Made by a program: the position numbers and the translations under genes
Source of the DNA: an uncultured Lichenihabitans sp.
GTDB taxonomy: Bacteria > Pseudomonadota > Alphaproteobacteria > Rhizobiales > Beijerinckiaceae
NCBI GenBank assembly: GCA_964243125.1
Contig: CAXTEP010000002.1
Coordinates: forward strand, 2,655-63,696
Reading direction: 5' to 3'
DNA: 61,042 nt
Notes under the pieces: generated by a model
The model's input: only the letters and a program-made list of their open reading frames with translations
Told to the model about the DNA's origin: nothing
The model's database searches: none
Part shown: in pieces, positions 57,686 to 61,042 of the stretch
How positions within the stretch are numbered: position 1 is the stretch's first letter
Layout: each line of letters begins with the position of its first letter

Positions 57686-58666
57686 CTATTTGGTGTTTTG
57701 CAGCACCTGGATCACCGCGGGGGTGCCGATCACGATGAACAGGACGGGCAGGAAGAACAGCACCATGGGCACGGTCAGCTTGGGCGGCAGGCTGGCGGCC
57801 TTCTTCTCGGCTTCCATCATGCGCGCGTCGCGACTTTCCTGGGCCAGCACCCGCAAGGCCTGGCCGAGCGGCGTGCCGTAGCGCTCGGCCTGGATCAGCA
57901 CGGTCGCGATGGCGCGGACGCTTTCGAGGTCGGTCCGGATGGCGAGGTTCTCGTAGGCGGCCCGCCGGTCCTGCAGGTAGGAGAGTTCGGCCGTGGTCAG
58001 GGTCAGTTCCTCGGCCATGGGCACCGACTGGGCGCCGATCTCCACGCTGACCCGGCGGAACGCCAGTTCGATCGACATGCCGGACTCGACGCAGATGAGC
58101 AGGAGGTCGAGCGTGTCGGGATAAGCGCGCCCGATCGACTTCTTGCGCTTGGCCGTGACGTTGCCGAGGTAGAGTTCCGGCGCCTTGAGCCCGATGTAGG
58201 CGCTCAGGATGCAGGCCCCCACCTTGATGGGGGTCGAATAGTCGAGGTCGAGCACCAGGAAGATCTCGCCCGCCGCGAACAGGGCCAGCGCGATGGGGGT
58301 CACCAGGCGGAAGAACAGGAAGCCGACCTCGGCCTGCGGCCCGCGGAAGCCCGCGCTCGCCAACTGCCGTTTGGCCTTGTCGGTGCCCAGCCATTTGGAC
58401 AGGCTGAATTGCTGGACCACGCGCGCCATGTAGGCCTTCGGCTCGGCCCGCAGGCTGCCGCGCTGGTTCCCCTTGTTGAGCCGTTCCCGCTCGCGCGCGC
58501 GGATCCGCTCGCGTTCGGTCGCCACCGCCTTCATGCGGTTCCTGAGGCGGTCGGGCTCGAGCAGCGGCATCGCCACGGTGAAGATCGTGGCCGCGGCCGC
58601 GACCGCCACCAGCAGGCCCGCCATGAACTGGGTGTCGCTGAGCTTGCCGTAGATCAGGTCGAACAT
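57686..58666 (-). CDS. tadC: Tad pilus assembly protein TadC
   Basis: PDTLDLLLICVESG, LIQAERYGTPL, AEKKAASLPPKLTVPM. Confidence 0.9.
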   Translation of the reverse strand: MFDLIYGKLSDTQFMAGLLVAVAAAATIFTVAMPLLEPDRLRNRMKAVATERERIRARERERLNKGNQRGSLRAEPKAYMARVVQQFSLSKWLGTDKAKRQLASAGFRGPQAEVGFLFFRLVTPIALALFAAGEIFLVLDLDYSTPIKVGACILSAYIGLKAPELYLGNVTAKRKKSIGRAYPDTLDLLLICVESGMSIELAFRRVSVEIGAQSVPMAEELTLTTAELSYLQDRRAAYENLAIRTDLESVRAIATVLIQAERYGTPLGQALRVLAQESRDARMMEAEKKAASLPPKLTVPMVLFFLPVLFIVIGTPAVIQVLQNTK

Positions 58667-58720
58667 GGAAAGCCTTTGTGCGGGCCGCACCGGCCCCTGC
58701 GGCGAACCGGGAACGCCGGG

Positions 58721-59695
58721 TCAGATCTCGAAGCTGATCATCTTGCGCATCACCGCGACGCCGAGCGACATCCAGACGAACGCCACGACCAGCATCATCC
58801 GGCCCGTCGAGGTGAGCCAGAGCAGTTCGAGGTACTGGGGCGAGGTGAGGTAGATCAGCCCGGCCACCACGAACGGCATGGACCCGATGATCATGGCCGA
58901 CGCATTGGCCTCGGACGCGACCGCCTTGACCTTGGCCTTCATCTTCTTGCGGTCGCGCAGGACGCGCGACAGGTTGGACAGGGCCTCGGACAGGTTGCCG
59001 CCCGCCTTCTGCTGGATGCCGACCACGATGGAAAAGAAGTTGGCTTCGGGGACCGGCACCCGGTCCACCAGGCGTTCCACGGCCTCGCTCAGGGTGAAGC
59101 CGATCGACTGCGCCTCGACGATGCGCCGGAACTCGGAACGGACCGGCTCGGCGGCCTCGGTCGCGACGATGCGGATGCAGTCGGCGAGCGGCAGGCCCGC
59201 CTTGATGCCGCGCACGATGACATCGACGGCGTTGGGGAACTCCTTCAGGAACCGGGTCATCCGCTTCCGTCGCTGATAGCCGAGGTACCACCGCGGGACC
59301 CCGAGCGCGCCCACCAGCAGGGCGGGGCCGGCGATCATCGGATTGCCAGTCGGCGCATAGGCGACGGCACCCAGCCCGAGGCCCAACGCGGCGCTCACGA
59401 GCACGAAGGTGCGGACCGACCAGGCGAGGCCCGCCTGCCCGATGCGGTTGTCGAGGCTGACCTTGCGCTTGCGCTTGCCGCGTCCCTCGAGGTCCTTGAT
59501 GCTGTCGGTGATCTGCTTGCGCCGGTTGCCCGCGTCGACCACGCGCCCGGCCGCGGCCTGGCCGGGGCGCGCCCGCATCTGGTCGCGCCGGCGCTCGGCC
59601 TTGATGTTTCCCGACAGGTAGGGATAGGCGACGAACAGGGCCGCGCCGGCCGCGAGGGCCGCCAGCCCGTAGGTCAGGATTGCGTTCTCGTCCAT
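58721..59695 (-). CDS. tadB: Tad pilus assembly protein TadB
   Basis: FPNAVDVIVRGIKAGLPL, QQKAGGNLSEAL, MRKMISFEI. Confidence 0.9.
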   Translation of the reverse strand: MDENAILTYGLAALAAGAALFVAYPYLSGNIKAERRRDQMRARPGQAAAGRVVDAGNRRKQITDSIKDLEGRGKRKRKVSLDNRIGQAGLAWSVRTFVLVSAALGLGLGAVAYAPTGNPMIAGPALLVGALGVPRWYLGYQRRKRMTRFLKEFPNAVDVIVRGIKAGLPLADCIRIVATEAAEPVRSEFRRIVEAQSIGFTLSEAVERLVDRVPVPEANFFSIVVGIQQKAGGNLSEALSNLSRVLRDRKKMKAKVKAVASEANASAMIIGSMPFVVAGLIYLTSPQYLELLWLTSTGRMMLVVAFVWMSLGVAVMRKMISFEI

Positions 59696-59851
59696 GCCGG
59701 CCACCCCGCCGCCGACCCGGAGCCTCGTCCCGCCCGGCCTGTCGGGCGCGTTCGACGGGCCGGACCCGTGCAGACTTCTAGACCCGCTTGGTAAACGTTC
59801 GCTTGCAACGAGGCGCGCGCGCCCGTGCGGCCCGAGGCGCGTGAAGGACCG

Positions 59852-61042
59852 CTACGGGGCGCGCCCCTCGGCCGCATCCAGCGCGGCCGCCAGCCGCGCT
59901 TCCTCGCCGTAGTAGCGGGCGCGCTCGGAGAACCGCGGCTGGCCGATGCCGGTGGAACGGTGGCGGCCGATCAGCTTGCCCTGGGCGTCCTCGCCGACGA
60001 TGTCGTAGATCAGCAGGTCCTGGGTGATGATCACGTCGCCTTCCAGGCCGAGCACCTCCGTGACGTGGGTGATGCGGCGGGACCCGTCGCGCAGGCGGGC
60101 CGCCTGGATGATCACGTCGACCGAGGTGACGATCATCTCGCGGATGGTGCGGGACGGCAGCGAGAAGCCCCCCATGGTGATCATGGATTCGAGGCGGTTC
60201 AGGGCTTCGCGCGGGGAGTTGGCGTGCAGCGTGCCCATGGAGCCGTCGTGGCCCGTGTTCATGGCCTGCAGCAGGTCGAAGGCTTCGGGTCCGCGCACCT
60301 CGCCGACGATGATCCGCTCGGGCCGCATGCGCAGGCAGTTGCGGACGAGGTCGCGCATGGTGATGGCGCCCGTGCCCTCCAGGTTGGGGGGGCGGGTCTC
60401 GAGCCGCACCGTGTGGGGCTGCTGGAGCTGGAGTTCGGCCGCGTCCTCGCAGGTGATCACCCGCTCGTCGTGGTCGATGTAGTTGGTCAGGCAGTTGAGC
60501 AGCGTGGTCTTGCCCGAGCCCGTGCCGCCGGAGATGAGCACGTTGCAGCGCACCCGCCCGATGATCTTCAGGATCTCGGCGCCGGGTGGCGAGATGGCGC
60601 CGAACCGGGTCAGCTGGTCGAGGGTCAGCTTGTCCTTCCGGAACTTGCGGATCGTCAGCGCTGGACCGTCGATGGCGAGCGGGGGCGCGATCACGTTGAC
60701 GCGGGACCCGTCGGCCAGGCGCGCGTCGCAGATCGGCGAGGATTCGTCGACCCGGCGCCCGATCTGGCTGACGATGCGCTGGCAGATGTTCATGAGCTGC
60801 GCGTTGTCGCGGAACCGGATGCTGGTCAGCTGGATCTTGCCGTTGACCTCGATGTAGGTCCGGGTCGCCCCGTTGACCATGATGTCGGCGATGTCGTCGC
60901 GGGCCAGCAGCGGTTCCAGCGGCCCGTAGCCCAGCACGTCGTTGCAGATGTCGGCCAGCAGGTCCTCCTGCTCGGCGATCGACATCACGACGTTCTTGAT
61001 CGAGATGATCTCGTTGACGATGTCGCGGATCTCCTCGCGCGC
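59852..61042 (-). CDS. cpaF: Tad pilus assembly ATPase CpaF/TadA (5' end beyond the window)
   Basis: [49 protein letters not shown]; frame is open to the window edge. Confidence 0.93.
   Translation of the reverse strand, partial: AREEIRDIVNEIISIKNVVMSIAEQEDLLADICNDVLGYGPLEPLLARDDIADIMVNGATRTYIEVNGKIQLTSIRFRDNAQLMNICQRIVSQIGRRVDESSPICDARLADGSRVNVIAPPLAIDGPALTIRKFRKDKLTLDQLTRFGAISPPGAEILKIIGRVRCNVLISGGTGSGKTTLLNCLTNYIDHDERVITCEDAAELQLQQPHTVRLETRPPNLEGTGAITMRDLVRNCLRMRPERIIVGEVRGPEAFDLLQAMNTGHDGSMGTLHANSPREALNRLESMITMGGFSLPSRTIREMIVTSVDVIIQAARLRDGSRRITHVTEVLGLEGDVIITQDLLIYDIVGEDAQGKLIGRHRSTGIGQPRFSERARYYGEEARLAAALDAAEGRAP

Noticed and set aside
59785-59812. Weak CtrA-like half-site between cpaF and tadB
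   Set aside because: Multiple mismatches to TTAA-N7-TTAAC; not distinguishable from chance

Overview
A very GC-rich chromosomal segment from an alphaproteobacterium (Hyphomicrobiales; gene content and the two-piece tmRNA fit the Beijerinckia/Methylobacterium/Lichenibacterium neighbourhood, which is my inference). Left part (1-14 kb): idonate/5-ketogluconate dehydrogenases, then an accessory stress-type block. The block holds an amylo-alpha-1,6-glucosidase-like hydrolase, three decayed pseudogenes (LysR, peroxiredoxin-like, adenylate cyclase), a GT2 glycosyltransferase converging on a translationally coupled five-gene operon (MFS, MFS, acyl-CoA-dehydrogenase-fold flavoenzyme, PIG-L deacetylase, NodS-like methyltransferase) and an SRAP/YedK gene. 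It is followed by a cobalamin riboswitch with cbtBA. The rest is mostly core: two AsmA-like proteins, bcp, an M23 peptidase, a patatin lipoprotein, a double-barrel Omp25-like porin, argJ, a parvulin PPIase, secA, mdoH plus a sulfotransferase, part of a Rem/FtcR-type flagellar cluster, rpoH2, mnmA, pmtA, an FAD-linked dehydrogenase, permuted ssrA with sspB, thyA-GNAT-folA-hflKC, a metallophosphoesterase, a DMT transporter and the end of a Tad pilus locus (cpaF truncated by the window edge). I saw no IS, integrase, prophage or CRISPR array. The best candidates for an uncharacterised system are the GT2/methyltransferase/PIG-L/flavoenzyme/2xMFS cluster with EcfG-like promoters and the mdoH-sulfotransferase pair. 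All product calls come from motif recognition by eye, not database searches.
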